DNA from: an uncultured Acidobacteriaceae bacterium
Lineage (GTDB): Bacteria > Acidobacteriota > Terriglobia > Terriglobales > Acidobacteriaceae
DNA: 64,000 nucleotides
Direction: 5' to 3'
Assembly (NCBI GenBank): GCA_963759355.1
Contig: CAVWYV010000003.1
Span: forward strand, 433,791 to 497,790
Position numbers and translations under genes: made by a program. Below, one piece after another: positions 39,725 through 50,441 of the stretch. The notes beneath the pieces were generated by a model. That model did not search any database. It worked only from the letters and a program-made list of their open reading frames with translations, and was not told the DNA's origin. Each line of letters starts with the position of its first letter. The first letter of the stretch is position 1.

Positions 39725-41197
39725 TCACTTTGTTTGAATAGGTCTCAGGTTCTGGTCCATTCGGGTGAACGCGGTATGCCCTGAATCCGCTAGCAACAGC
39801 GTACCCATGCCGGTTGCCAAATCGAGAGCAACACTCTTGCGATTGAATACGAGGGCCTGTTTACGGCTGTGAAACAGCCAGAGCGGCATGCGTTCACGCA
39901 GACTGGCGGTAGCATCGATCACGGCACGGGCTGAGATCTGCCCGGCCGCCCATTCGGCCTCTGTAGAAAACTCCACGATCCAGACAAATTGCGAAAACGG
40001 CAACGTCATGATCGTTTGCAACAACCTGGGGTCAAACTCCGATTCCCTGCCCCGCACGAAACTGCGCAGGGCTGAACCGGTCGTAATGAAGTAACGAATG
40101 ATTGTTTCATCTTGCTTGGGCAGATCAACCACGGTGCCCAGTTTAAAAAGAGTCGGCGCCAGACGATCAACGGCATCAGCAGGATAGAACACCTTTTCCG
40201 GAAGTGCGACGATGAAAGCGTCAATATCTTCCGAGGCATATGGCGTCCCAGAGGTCACTGGTACCGAGAGGTAGGGGAGATGGTTATCATCGACAACAAC
40301 GAGAGATTCAACCTCATCCCAAGCGTATCTCAATCCGTGCGTTATCGCAGTGTGGGATTTGCTCCACTCCAGCCCTACAACAGCGATTGCGTGGCCACGA
40401 TTGTGCATGGCTGCAAACAGCGGAAAACCCGATTCAACATACGCACTTAATTGGCGATAGAAAGCTGGGTCCGTCCTCGTGGGGTCCGTCTTGTTGATGT
40501 CACGCGCAATATGAACTGGGAACGTCCCGGCTTCCTGAAAAACCCTCTCGGCGTGTGAAATCTGCAGTCCCCGCGACGGAACGAGCCCGCCAGGATTGAA
40601 CTGTTGAGCCATCATTGTGATGTCGTGAGTCAGGTATTCACGGTAGATGTTGTATCGCTCGCTGTAATGCCGCAAGACCGACCAACATGCGGCATGGGAG
40701 CACACCGAAATGTCCACGTGCTGGTCCATCGAAGGAAATCCTTGGATCTTCAGCTTGTAGCCCAGCAGATGCACTTTGTGATGCGCAGTGATCGCGAAGC
40801 CACGCGCGCCATTTCGGACATCCGGAGATAAGATGCTGCGTCCGATCGTCGCGATACCCGTTGGGCGGAGAACCATATAGCCGAAATAATGGTCCTCGAG
40901 CCGATTGTCGGGGCACGTTAGCCGGTACGTCTTGTCATCAAAGCTAACCATCTCGTCGAAGAAATGAAGCCGCACACAATCCGCCCGGTAATACTGGCCC
41001 TTCTTCGCATAGAAGTTGTAATAGGTGCTGCGGTAGTCCTTATCGACGTAATCGGCTTCCAGCATCACTGCTTTAACGGCGTTGGACAGACCACCCGCCA
41101 ACTTCTGTGCGACCACCTTGGGGCTGTACTCAGGCGCGATATGCTGCTCAAGCTGGGCGAGATCTGCGCTGGAACTCAACGGTAGCCAGATGTACAT
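39725..41197 (-). CDS. Papain-fold (C39-like) Cys peptidase/transamidase, uncharacterised
   Basis: Q..VCSHAACW, GHAIAVVG, VVDDNHLPY give a Cys-His-Asp triad in papain order. Confidence 0.7.
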   Translation of the reverse strand: MYIWLPLSSSADLAQLEQHIAPEYSPKVVAQKLAGGLSNAVKAVMLEADYVDKDYRSTYYNFYAKKGQYYRADCVRLHFFDEMVSFDDKTYRLTCPDNRLEDHYFGYMVLRPTGIATIGRSILSPDVRNGARGFAITAHHKVHLLGYKLKIQGFPSMDQHVDISVCSHAACWSVLRHYSERYNIYREYLTHDITMMAQQFNPGGLVPSRGLQISHAERVFQEAGTFPVHIARDINKTDPTRTDPAFYRQLSAYVESGFPLFAAMHNRGHAIAVVGLEWSKSHTAITHGLRYAWDEVESLVVVDDNHLPYLSVPVTSGTPYASEDIDAFIVALPEKVFYPADAVDRLAPTLFKLGTVVDLPKQDETIIRYFITTGSALRSFVRGRESEFDPRLLQTIMTLPFSQFVWIVEFSTEAEWAAGQISARAVIDATASLRERMPLWLFHSRKQALVFNRKSVALDLATGMGTLLLADSGHTAFTRMDQNLRPIQTK

Positions 41198-41646
41198 CTA
41201 TCCTCGTTTCCAGCTTTCTTCGTGGCAGTGGATTGCGTCGAATGCCTTGCGCTTTCATAAAGATGGGGTGGTCGATCCTGACAAAAATACACGATTTAGC
41301 CAGAACCTGTCGCTAAAAAGCTTTCTCGTAACTTTCAACGGTTCCGTGCGTGGTTCAACGTAGCGCAGATCGGAGCCGATGCTAGTGCCGGACACTAAAC
41401 GGAAGTGCCCCGCAGAAAGATGCCGCTGGCGTTGCCGTGATCGACCCATAGAAGAAGGGGCCAAGATTCAGCTTCATTGCAGATACCGAGCACTGCGGTG
41501 CAAGCCATCCCGTGCCGCGCACGAGCGAAGTACAAACCTTTGAGCCGCGTGATTGGAGCGGAGTCTCTTTTCGGGGTTTGGCCATCTCACTCGTGGACAT
41601 GAGCGAACCGGTTTGTTGAGTCTGGATCGACCGGTTATCTGCCAAC

Positions 41647-42183
41647 TCAACGAGTCGAGAGGACCGCGCGGCGAACATTCATGGCTTCGGAGACGGTGCA
41701 ATCACAGTCGATGGCGAGCTTGAAAAACTCTTCTGCCTTCGTCGCATGGTCCCCAGGAAAAGTACGGCTGAGTTGTCGAGCCAGCTTCTCGAGAGACCCA
41801 TGATCCCGGAACTTGTCGACGGCGAGCTGAGAGAACTGTGAAACGGCCGTTTCCTGCAGGTTAGCTCCCCAGAGGAAGTACTGAAGGTATTTCCAGAAGT
41901 GGGGATGTTCATACATCTCGGCGTTACTTTCGGCGTTGCGCCGGAACAGTTCCATCCGGGAGGAGCGCGGATTGCTTCCGTTATAGCGCTCGTCGGTAAA
42001 GTAGCGGAGTCTCGCCTCTGGAATGGCCTTTCGTTTCAGAAGGAGCTCCATCAATTCGCGGGACGCAATTCCAGCGCTACGCGTGCGTTCGACATTGTGT
42101 TCGTGGAGCAGAAGACGATCCGCTTCTTTCACTCGCGCGGCCAGCGTTGCCTCGTGCTCAGTTAGCTCGATCGATCCCAACAT
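41647..42183 (-). CDS. Hypothetical protein
   Basis: GGTAGG RBS before ATG 42183; protein-like composition from MLGSIEL onward. Confidence 0.65.
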   Translation of the reverse strand: MLGSIELTEHEATLAARVKEADRLLLHEHNVERTRSAGIASRELMELLLKRKAIPEARLRYFTDERYNGSNPRSSRMELFRRNAESNAEMYEHPHFWKYLQYFLWGANLQETAVSQFSQLAVDKFRDHGSLEKLARQLSRTFPGDHATKAEEFFKLAIDCDCTVSEAMNVRRAVLSTR

Positions 42184-42395
42184 TCCTACCCAAGATACTT
42201 CACTTCTCGATACGCACGGCAAACGCCGCTTAGGATGGAGGCTACGATGCTCGGTCCTATTTGCTATTCGTCGCACGCGCCAGGATGGAGGCATCCCGAT
42301 TGCACCGTCCGATATAGCGCAAAATCGGCCTTGCTGGGATCGAGAGAAGCTGAGCCGGCGAGTGGGTGTCGATTTAGGAGCGGGAAGAGGGTTGG

Positions 42396-44609
42396 GTGCG
42401 ACTTGAAGTCGTTTGAATGATTGTTCAACACGGGAGGATTCATGGAACTGAACCTGCGGTTCCGTCCGCAGTAGCCTATCGGCATCGGCGTAGCTGGTAA
42501 CGGCTGGGTCGAGAGCTGCCGAGACAAGGGCCCTCTGTCGGTCTCGACAGGGGGAGCCCGTGAGGGGCTTCCTCACACTGCCAGCGTCAAGGCGGTGGGA
42601 GGGCCGGGCTGAGTGATATGTCCAACACATGTGAACTGCCGTAGGCATCGTCAACATCGAAGAGCCAAAGACGCTGACAGGCTCTGGCCAAAAGGCACGC
42701 AGCCGGTTGCTCGATCCGCGACTTAGAGCACACGGACATAACGGCTGCCGGTGTGCAGGCAGGGACTACGTCATTCGTGTCGTTCAAACGGAACAAGGTA
42801 AGCCCGATATGTCGCCCCTTGGGGCAGGCGCTGTCGCGAGGCACGCTGTTGAGGCAGCGGGTAAAGGATGCTGGAGGAAGCGAACGCCGCTCTGTAATGG
42901 AGCGGATAGGAGTTGGAACATCACTCCGCTGCGAAAGCAGGCAGACTTCCAGCATGGTCGTGGTTGACGAAAAAACTTACAGAATCTTCGTAGGAGGAAA
43001 TCGCAAATGAATATGGAGCAGTCCACGTGTGCAGCCTCCGGCCCTGCGACGCAATGGGAACAGATCGACTGGACTCGCTGCGAGCAGAAGGTCAGGAGAC
43101 TGCAAGCGCGTATCGTCAAGGCAACACAGGAAGGCCGTCACGGCAGGGTGAAAGCCTTGCAATGGCTGCTGACCCACTCCTTCCATGGTCGAGCGTTGGC
43201 CGTGAAACGAGTGACGTACAACAAGGGCAAGAACACGCCGGGAGTTGACGGAGCAGTCTGGCGATCCCCGGCCGCCAGATATAGAGCCATCGATACACTA
43301 CGACGGCGCGGGTACCAACCGCAACCGCTGCGGCGTGTCTACATACCGAAGGCCAATGGAAAGCTGAGACCGCTGGGAATCCCCACGATGAAGGACCGCG
43401 CGATGCAGGCGCTTTACCTGCTGGCGCTGCTCCCCATCGCGGAGACAACAGCCAATCTGAACTCCTATGGTTTTCGACCGAAACGCTCGACCGCCGACGC
43501 TATCGAGCAATGCTTCAATGTTGTGGGTATGCGAAACAGTGCCCAATGGGTGCTGGAGGGTGACATCCGTGGCTGCTTCGATAACATCAGCCATGCTTGG
43601 ATGCTCGATCACATCCCCACTGACAAAGAGGTGCTGCAGAGATGGCTGAAAGCGGGCTTCATGGAAAATCGAACGCTGTTCCCCACGGAGGCAGGCACAC
43701 CACAGGGCGGAATCATCTCGCCAACGTTGGCGAACCTGACACTCGATGGGCTGGAGCGGCTTCTCAAGCGGACCTTCCGGCAACGGAAGATCGGTGGGAA
43801 GATGCGCAACCCTAAAGTGAACTTCGTGCGATATGCAGATGACTTCATCGTCACCGGCAACTCGAAAGAGCTGCTGGAGAATGAAGTCAAGCCGCTGATC
43901 GAGCGCTTCCTGCTCGAACGTGGCTTGCAGCTCTCACCTGAAAAGACCTGCATCACGCATATCAAAGACGGCTTCGACTTCCTTGGGCAGAACCTGCGTC
44001 GGCATGGCGGTAAAGTCCTCACCACGCCCTCAAAAAAGAACATGCAAACGTTCTTCGAAAAGGTGCGCGGGGTCATTCGCAAGAATGACTCCGCTAAACA
44101 GGTGAACTTGATAGGACGGCTCAACCCGATCATCCGGGGATGGGCGAACTATCACCGTCACATCGTTGCAAGTTCGGCGTTCGGGAAAGCGGAGATGGTC
44201 CTCTGGCAAACGCTCTGGCGATGGGCGAAGCGTCGTCACTCGAAGAAAACCAATGCCTGGATCGCTGATCGATACTGGCATCGGCCGGGAACGAGTAGAC
44301 GATACTTCGCTGTAATGGCCGGTTCGAGCGCGCGACGTGGCCGCGCGATGGTGGCTTATCTGATAGATCCCAGAAAGATACCCATCGAACGGCACATCAA
44401 AGTGAAGTCGAATGCAAATCCGTTCGACCCACAATGGCGCGAGTACTTCGAGTCTCGAAAGAGTCCGAAGCGCGTCAAGTCATCGTCCGCGTTGTGATGC
44501 CGGTGCCGCTCGCGCGGGAGCTTACACACGGCTTGAGCCGGATGATGGGAAACCATCATGTCCGGTTCTTAGGGGAGGGAGCGGCAGCAATGCCGCTTCC
44601 TTACCCGAC
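42396..44609 (+). mobile_element. Group II intron
   Basis: 5' GTGCGACTTGAAGTCG at 42396; domain V GAGCCGGATGATGGGAAACCATCATGTCCGGTTC; domain VI ending CCCGAC at 44609; candidate EBS1 CCAAC and EBS2 CTTCC complement the 5' exon GGAAG..GTTGG. Confidence 0.9.
43007..44497 (+). CDS. ltrA: Group II intron reverse transcriptase/maturase (no HNH domain)
   Basis: VRRLQARIVKA, RPLGIPTMKDR, GTPQGGIISP, RYADDF, GFDFLG, LNPIIRGWANY; ends shortly after NPFDPQW. Confidence 0.95.
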   Translation: MNMEQSTCAASGPATQWEQIDWTRCEQKVRRLQARIVKATQEGRHGRVKALQWLLTHSFHGRALAVKRVTYNKGKNTPGVDGAVWRSPAARYRAIDTLRRRGYQPQPLRRVYIPKANGKLRPLGIPTMKDRAMQALYLLALLPIAETTANLNSYGFRPKRSTADAIEQCFNVVGMRNSAQWVLEGDIRGCFDNISHAWMLDHIPTDKEVLQRWLKAGFMENRTLFPTEAGTPQGGIISPTLANLTLDGLERLLKRTFRQRKIGGKMRNPKVNFVRYADDFIVTGNSKELLENEVKPLIERFLLERGLQLSPEKTCITHIKDGFDFLGQNLRRHGGKVLTTPSKKNMQTFFEKVRGVIRKNDSAKQVNLIGRLNPIIRGWANYHRHIVASSAFGKAEMVLWQTLWRWAKRRHSKKTNAWIADRYWHRPGTSRRYFAVMAGSSARRGRAMVAYLIDPRKIPIERHIKVKSNANPFDPQWREYFESRKSPKRVKSSSAL

Positions 44610-44715
44610 GAGAAACCGAAGAGGGTTCTCCCGGAGGGCGAGATGGCTGGCTGAAATCAAAGACGGAAAAGCGGCCCCGGACGAATCCGGGGCCAGACGA
44701 AAGCAACGTGAATCC

Positions 44716-46116
44716 TTATGCGGCTTCCTTCTTTTTCGCTGCGCTTTTTTTCTGAACCTGCTGGATAACTCTTGGGGCCTTCTTCCCTGCACCGTTGGCT
44801 TTGGCCTTCGATGACTTTGGTTTTGAGGGCGCAAAGGCCGCTTCGGCTTCGGCCAGCCAGTCCGGCTCGTTCTCGCGCGGAATACTAAGGTCATCGGTTA
44901 GGACAAGCCTTAGGGCAAAGCCAGTGAGCTTGTCATCTGCGAGGCTCTCGAGCACGGCCATGAGGATTTCTTCGTCGGTCTTGGCATGGTTCTCGTCTTC
45001 GCCGACGAAAAACTCGGCAACCTCCTCGAACATAGCGTAGGGAGAGACGTTGAGAAGCAGTCGCAGGAACGCGCGAAGCTGTGCAGCGGTGAATATCGCC
45101 GGGGCACTGGCTACGATGCGTTCCAACGTGTTTACCCGCGCTTTGTGCGCCTCCTCGCGTTTCGCGACTTCGGCCTCGTACTCCTCCTGCTGACGTTCAT
45201 ACTCGGCTTTGCGCTCCTCTTCCCTCCTCTGCTGTTCGGCCTCGTACTCGGCCATGCGTTGTTCGTGTTCGGCGCTCCGCTGCGCCGCCTCTTCCTCCGT
45301 CTCCAGTTCGGGGGCGGGTGGCATGGTTGGCGGCGGCTCCACGGCTTCGTGGGACGCGCGATTGGAATGCACCGGGCATTCATCGTCAAGGCAGACTGTC
45401 ACCGTGCGTCCGACGTGTTTTCCGAACACGATGATGGCGGCTTTGGCGCTGGGGCACGGCGGCTCCGCATCGGGATTGTCGGGCTCCGCGAGTTCACGGT
45501 ACTGGTGTTTTTGCAACGCGCCGGGGCGCTGCTCCTTGGGGCCTCGCCATGACGTTTCGATCGTGACAAGCTCAGGCCGCGCGGCAATTTCCCGGTCGAT
45601 GTGGGCTGTCACCTTGGCTTGGAAGCACGACGAGTCGAGGCATTGATCGCCCTGCACGTCCGCAAACAGGCTGGTATTGAACCCGCTGCGACGTGGACAG
45701 CTGACGCAGGCTCCAGCCTCGGGTTTGAGGGTAGTGTTCTCGCGGTCGAATGGCGCCTCAGCAAGATTCAGGTAGAGGTTGGCCTGAATCCATGCACTCA
45801 GGTGCTTGGCCGGAAGCAGGTGCGCTTCCTTGTCCTGCCAGTCTTTACGCCAGCAGTTCTCGAACGCCTCGGCCTGATGCTCCTGCGGCAAACGCGCAAT
45901 CAGGTTCGCGTGGCTGGTCGTAATGCGCTCCTCGACAAACGCCTTGGCGACGTCGGGGATAAGCTGCAACAGCGAAAGACGCGCATAGATATGCGATGCG
46001 CTCTTGCCAGATTTGGCGACGAGCGCGGGCACGTCATAGCCCGGAAGGTCTAAGAGACGTTGGAAGCCTTGCGCCTCTTCGTACGGGTGAACGTCCACAC
46101 GCTGCGAGTTCTCGAC
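44716..46116 (-). pseudogene. ParB/RepB/Spo0J-family protein, 3' part (interrupted)
   Basis: ENSQRVDVHPYEEAQGF, HTH LVAKSGKSASHIYARL; continues the 49656-49940 fragment. Confidence 0.87.
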
Positions 46117-46316
46117 TTATCTTTAGTCCGTCAGAAGCTGTCAACGACGTCTACGACGTGCCATTTCACAACATCGTGGAATTGTTAATGTAGACGTCTA
46201 TGACGAGTAGCTGGAAGTGAAGTTCTCTGCTTGCCGGAGGAAGGTAGCCCGCGTTGGCGCAGTGAGCGTAGCGAACTGCGCCAATGCGGGCTGGCGCTCA
46301 ACCTCTGAGGGTAGAT

Positions 46317-47378
46317 GTGAGCAAAGCGCAACGAATCATCATGGCAGATAGCCATGAACGCAGTTGGATCGTCCTCGACGCGAGCGGACGACCCGTTACA
46401 GAAATCGATGAATACCTGCTGTATCTTCACCATCTCGGGCGGTCCCCGAACACGGTCAGAGCCTATGCTCATCATCTTCAACTCTTCCACGAGTTCCTGA
46501 TAGACTCCCGTCGCAACTGGAAGAAGCTGGCTCTGACCGATCTGGCCACGTTCGTGGGCTGGCTACGTCTGTCATCGAGAAAGGCCAAGGAGCCGCGTTC
46601 CGACTCGACAATCAACGTAGTGCTGGCGGCAGTGGGATCGTTCTATGAGTATCAGGACAGGATGGGTGTAGAGACGGAGATCAGCCGTTCACGCCGCTTC
46701 GGGGCGAAGAGTTCCTACAAGCCGTTCCTTCACCACATCAATCGGACGCAATCTCTGCGACAAGCTGTGATGCGTGTGCGAACGACGAAGCTGTTGCCCA
46801 AGGTTCTTATAGCTGCCGACGTTCAGCGACTGCTGGATGCCTGCATCCATCTTCGGGATCGCTTGCTGTTGTGCCTGCTGTATGAAAGTGGGATGCGCAT
46901 CGGCCAGGTGCTTGGCCTGCGACACGCGGATATCCGTTCGTTCGATGGCGAGATCGAAATCGTCCCTCGCATCAATCTGAATGGGGCACGCGCAAAGTCG
47001 CGGACCGCCTACGTCGTCCATGTCTCCAAGGAGGCGATGTCGCTGTATGCAGACTACCTCGTACACGAGTGCCGAGAAGCTTCGCACGACTATGTCTTCG
47101 TGAACTGGTGGGGCGGTCGAATCGGGGCTCCGATGAACTATGCAACCGTAATCGACCTGTTCCGCAATCTCGGTAGACGAACAGGGCTGCATATAACGCC
47201 ACACATGTTCCGGCACACACATGCAACCGAGTTGCTGCGAGCTGGATGGGATGCGGCCTATGTGCAAAAGCGGCTGGGTCACGCCCATATCCAGACCACG
47301 ACGAGCACCTACGCGCATCTGTCCGGTGAAGATATGGGAGCGGCGTACACACGCTATCTGCGGGAGCGTGAGCGATGA
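46317..47378 (+). CDS. tnpA: Tyrosine recombinase, TnpA-like
   Basis: SPNTVRAYA, ESGMRIGQ, PHMFRHTHAT, LGHAHIQTT..TY. Confidence 0.9.
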   Translation: MSKAQRIIMADSHERSWIVLDASGRPVTEIDEYLLYLHHLGRSPNTVRAYAHHLQLFHEFLIDSRRNWKKLALTDLATFVGWLRLSSRKAKEPRSDSTINVVLAAVGSFYEYQDRMGVETEISRSRRFGAKSSYKPFLHHINRTQSLRQAVMRVRTTKLLPKVLIAADVQRLLDACIHLRDRLLLCLLYESGMRIGQVLGLRHADIRSFDGEIEIVPRINLNGARAKSRTAYVVHVSKEAMSLYADYLVHECREASHDYVFVNWWGGRIGAPMNYATVIDLFRNLGRRTGLHITPHMFRHTHATELLRAGWDAAYVQKRLGHAHIQTTTSTYAHLSGEDMGAAYTRYLRERER

Positions 47379-49210
47379 GCCGACAGAGCGCGAAGTGGAA
47401 TCACGCCAAGCAGCATCGCCTTCTCGCTCAGCTGAAGGGCTTCTGGGCAGAAGATGTCTGGGACATGCAGAGCTGCCCGGTGCAAGGGCTGTCGGTGAAA
47501 GCAAACCAACGTCGTCTCCGACTTGAATGCAAGTCGCGAACGATCAATGGAGAGTTGAAGTATGCGTTCTGGAAGAAGTTCGCTGAGGGCCAGTGGACAA
47601 GCACACAGGAACTGACGAGGGTACATCTGCTCATGAGATGGCTCAACAGCCTAAAGCATCTTCCCGTGTCGCTCATGGAGCGTGATCTGGAATCGTGGAA
47701 GCGTTCGTACGCGGCTTATCTTCGACGCTGCGGAATGTATCGCACGGGCACGACCCATCGCATGGACGGCAGCCAGCAACCACGAGCAACGCCGCGCGAC
47801 AGCGCTTACATCAGCACGCTGCGGCAGGCGTACCTGGTCCTGAGCGATGCGTATGATGACCGACCGGAGCAGGAAAAGGACATATGGGATCTGCGACGCG
47901 TATCAATGCTGCACAACCCAACGCTGTCTCCGGGGCCGCTGAACTTCCTGAAGATCAAGCAGCCCTGGCTCCGTACCGCGGCAAAGTCGCATCTTGCATA
48001 TAGTCTCCCAATCTATGCGGAGGGAACGTGTCGAACACGGCTGCAATCCCTGGTCTGCTTCTCGGAGTTCCTCGCTGCCGATAAACCTCATGCCACGGCG
48101 CGTTCGATCACACGTCCTCTGCTGTTGCGCTATCTGAGTTATCTTCCAAGCCGGGTGCGTACCGGGGCGAGAAAGAACCATGTCATCAACCTGCGGACGT
48201 TCCTTGAAATGGCCTATCGTGAGCGGTGGTTGCCGGTTGGTCCTGAGCGGCTGATCCACGACGAAGAAGTTCCTCAGCCAATGAAGCATCAGCCTCGTTA
48301 TATTCCTTCGACGGTGCTCGACCAACTGAATCAGCACCTTCATGACCTGAAGCCATCGTGGATGAGGAAGGTACTCATCTTGCAGGAATGCGGCATGCGC
48401 ATCAGCGAGCTGCTGCAACTCTCGCTGGACTGCCTCTCGCAGGATGCGCGTGGCATCTACTATCTCCGCTACCTGCAGGGCAAAGTTCGGCGAGAGAACG
48501 CGATACCTGTATCGCAGGAGATAGCGCGCGTCGTCCAGGAGCAGCAAGCATCTGTTCGGGAGCGCCATCGAGGCTTCGACCTTCTGTTCCCCAGCGAACG
48601 AGGTCGTCCGATCCGACAGGCCAGCTTCTCGCAGGCCATCAATCAGCTCGCCTACAACCATCGCATCACGGATGCGAATGGGAACCTCTTCCGCTTCCAG
48701 TCACACCAGTTCCGCCACACGGTGGGTACGCGGATGATCAATCTTGGCGTGCCTCACCACATCATCCAGCGCTACCTGGGGCACAAGGGCCCAGAGATGA
48801 CCAATCGCTACGCCCATATCCACGACAGCACGATGCGGGAGAAGCTCTCTGAGTATCTTGCAGGCACGCTGGTCGATGTCACCGGACATAAGGTCGTGGA
48901 AGACAGTGTCAACGATACGGTTGACTTGCAGTGGTTCACCCGCAACGTGCTCGCGCAGGCTCTCACCAACGGCTACTGTGCCATCCCGACGGTGGCTGGC
49001 CCTTGCCCACATCCGAATGCCTGCCTTAACTGCGCTCACTTCCGCACCGACGCCACCTTCCTCGATGTTCATCGCGCCGAGTTGCGCGAAACCGAACGCG
49101 TCATCGCCAAAGCCGATGCGAACGGCTGGACGCGACAAAGCGAGATGAACGCACGCAAACGAACGAATCTGGTGAACATCATCACCACCCTGGAGGAGAC
49201 ACATGCGTAG
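47375..49210 (+). CDS. tnpB: Tyrosine recombinase, TnpB-like (Tn554 sense)
   Basis: ECGMRISE, HQFRHTVGT, LGH..PEMT.RYA, C-terminal GYC...CPHPNACLNCAHF. Confidence 0.9.
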   Translation: MSRQSAKWNHAKQHRLLAQLKGFWAEDVWDMQSCPVQGLSVKANQRRLRLECKSRTINGELKYAFWKKFAEGQWTSTQELTRVHLLMRWLNSLKHLPVSLMERDLESWKRSYAAYLRRCGMYRTGTTHRMDGSQQPRATPRDSAYISTLRQAYLVLSDAYDDRPEQEKDIWDLRRVSMLHNPTLSPGPLNFLKIKQPWLRTAAKSHLAYSLPIYAEGTCRTRLQSLVCFSEFLAADKPHATARSITRPLLLRYLSYLPSRVRTGARKNHVINLRTFLEMAYRERWLPVGPERLIHDEEVPQPMKHQPRYIPSTVLDQLNQHLHDLKPSWMRKVLILQECGMRISELLQLSLDCLSQDARGIYYLRYLQGKVRRENAIPVSQEIARVVQEQQASVRERHRGFDLLFPSERGRPIRQASFSQAINQLAYNHRITDANGNLFRFQSHQFRHTVGTRMINLGVPHHIIQRYLGHKGPEMTNRYAHIHDSTMREKLSEYLAGTLVDVTGHKVVEDSVNDTVDLQWFTRNVLAQALTNGYCAIPTVAGPCPHPNACLNCAHFRTDATFLDVHRAELRETERVIAKADANGWTRQSEMNARKRTNLVNIITTLEETHA

Positions 49211-49655
49211 AAATACAGAAGGGCTGAAGCGTAGCGCGAAGCTCAGAACCACCGCCGCTCTGGAGAGGGCACAAACCGCCATCCGGCGCATGCAAGCGGA
49301 AGAGATCGCGATCAACTTCCGCACGGTCGCGGCCCACGCCGGCGTCTCCACCGCCTGGCTCTACAGCACCAAACCCTTGCGCGATCGTATTGTGAAGCTG
49401 CGTGACGTCTCGAAGACGCCCGTGCAGAACGATACGAACCATCGACGGCTCATCTCGCAGGAACGAGTGATCGCCACACTGCGACTTCGCATCAAGCAAC
49501 TGGAAGCCAGCAACAACGAGCTAAAGGAACAACTGGAACGAGCCTATGGACAGCTTGCGATACCTTCCTCAAATAGCAAATCTGCACGTCATGGACATAT
49601 CCACGACGTGCAGCCCCGCGAAAACAGAAAAAAATCTCTTGATCACTATAGATAA
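49203..49655 (+). CDS. tnpC: TnpC/DUF6262-like protein
   Basis: INFRTVAAHAGVSTAWLY plus coiled coil; stop codon coincides with the element end. Confidence 0.85.
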   Translation: MRRNTEGLKRSAKLRTTAALERAQTAIRRMQAEEIAINFRTVAAHAGVSTAWLYSTKPLRDRIVKLRDVSKTPVQNDTNHRRLISQERVIATLRLRIKQLEASNNELKEQLERAYGQLAIPSSNSKSARHGHIHDVQPRENRKKSLDHYR

Positions 49656-49940
49656 TTCGATCAACTGCCACTCCATCGCCTGGGCATCGTCCAGTTCGAC
49701 GATACGGGCGGGGACGGAAAACAGTTCGGCAAGTTGCGCGGCGCGGAAACGCCTTGCGCCCGCGATGATCTCGAAACCATCCGAGTTCGGGCGAACGGTG
49801 ACGGGTTGAATCAGGCCATGTTGCCGAATGGACTCGGCAAGCTCCTCCAGCTTGGTCTGCTCGAAGGTCTGGCGGGGGTTGGTGGTGGATTCGTGAATCT
49901 GGTCTATCGCGATGTACTGGAATGCGCTGCTGTCCTGCAT
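49656..49940 (-). pseudogene. ParB-family protein, 5' part
   Basis: NPRQTF..LEELAESIRQHGLIQPVTVRP...IIAGARRFRAA. Confidence 0.88.
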
Positions 49941-50024
49941 GATGCCCTCCTTGGGCGGTTCGCTGTTGGGGTGGTGGAGCGGACACGCTACCCTGTCATC
50001 CGCTCCGTAGGCGGAGAACTCGGG

Positions 50025-50441
50025 TTAGGCGTGTTGCTGGTGTTGCCGCTCGAAGGCTTCCGCGAATCCCTGCTGTCGCAGGTTGCGGTCCCACAACTTG
50101 GCGAAGCGCTCATGTTCGGTGTGAAGTTGCGTGTGGCAGACGTATCGGTGGTCCGTGATAAAGCGCGACCACTGCTCAACTCCGACGTAGTCGTTGCGGT
50201 AGTAGAAGGGATTCAGGTGCTCTCCCCCGGCGAAGCCAAGCTCGAAGCACATCTCGGGGTCGCGCATGGCATCGCCATTCAGTTCGCCGTAATGGGCTAC
50301 AGAGATGGCGGGAAGACCGCAGGGGCCGGACTCGTCCATGGCCTCGATGACTAAAGCCATATAAGGCGGGTTCTCGATGCGAAGGTGGAGGCCGTGAGTC
50401 CAGCCTCCAGCGGCTTTGAGGATGCGGAGTACGGTTTCCAT
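50025..50441 (-). CDS. DUF6908-like protein
   Basis: IENPPYMALVIE, SVAHYGELNGDAMRDPEM, WDRNLRQQGF. Confidence 0.75.
   Translation of the reverse strand: METVLRILKAAGGWTHGLHLRIENPPYMALVIEAMDESGPCGLPAISVAHYGELNGDAMRDPEMCFELGFAGGEHLNPFYYRNDYVGVEQWSRFITDHRYVCHTQLHTEHERFAKLWDRNLRQQGFAEAFERQHQQHA

Larger units (their letters stand above)
46117..49655 (+). mobile_element. Tn554-like tyrosine recombinase transposon (tnpABC, no cargo)
   Basis: Ends TTATCTTTAGT / ACTATAGATAA (10/11 inverted repeat); flanking hexamers CTCGAC and TTCGAT; splits parB at WQL(I/V)ENSQR. Confidence 0.88.

Noticed and set aside
42184-42657. N-terminal extension of the 336-aa ORF
   Set aside because: Runs antisense through the intron RNA; a better start with RBS is at 42183.
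43007-44497. RT as retron, DGR or defence RT
   Set aside because: Maturase domain, GTGCG start and domains V/VI identify a group II intron.
46317-49655. RIT element, or TnpB as an RNA-guided nuclease
   Set aside because: Only two recombinases plus a TnpC-like protein; this TnpB is a tyrosine recombinase unrelated to IS605 TnpB.
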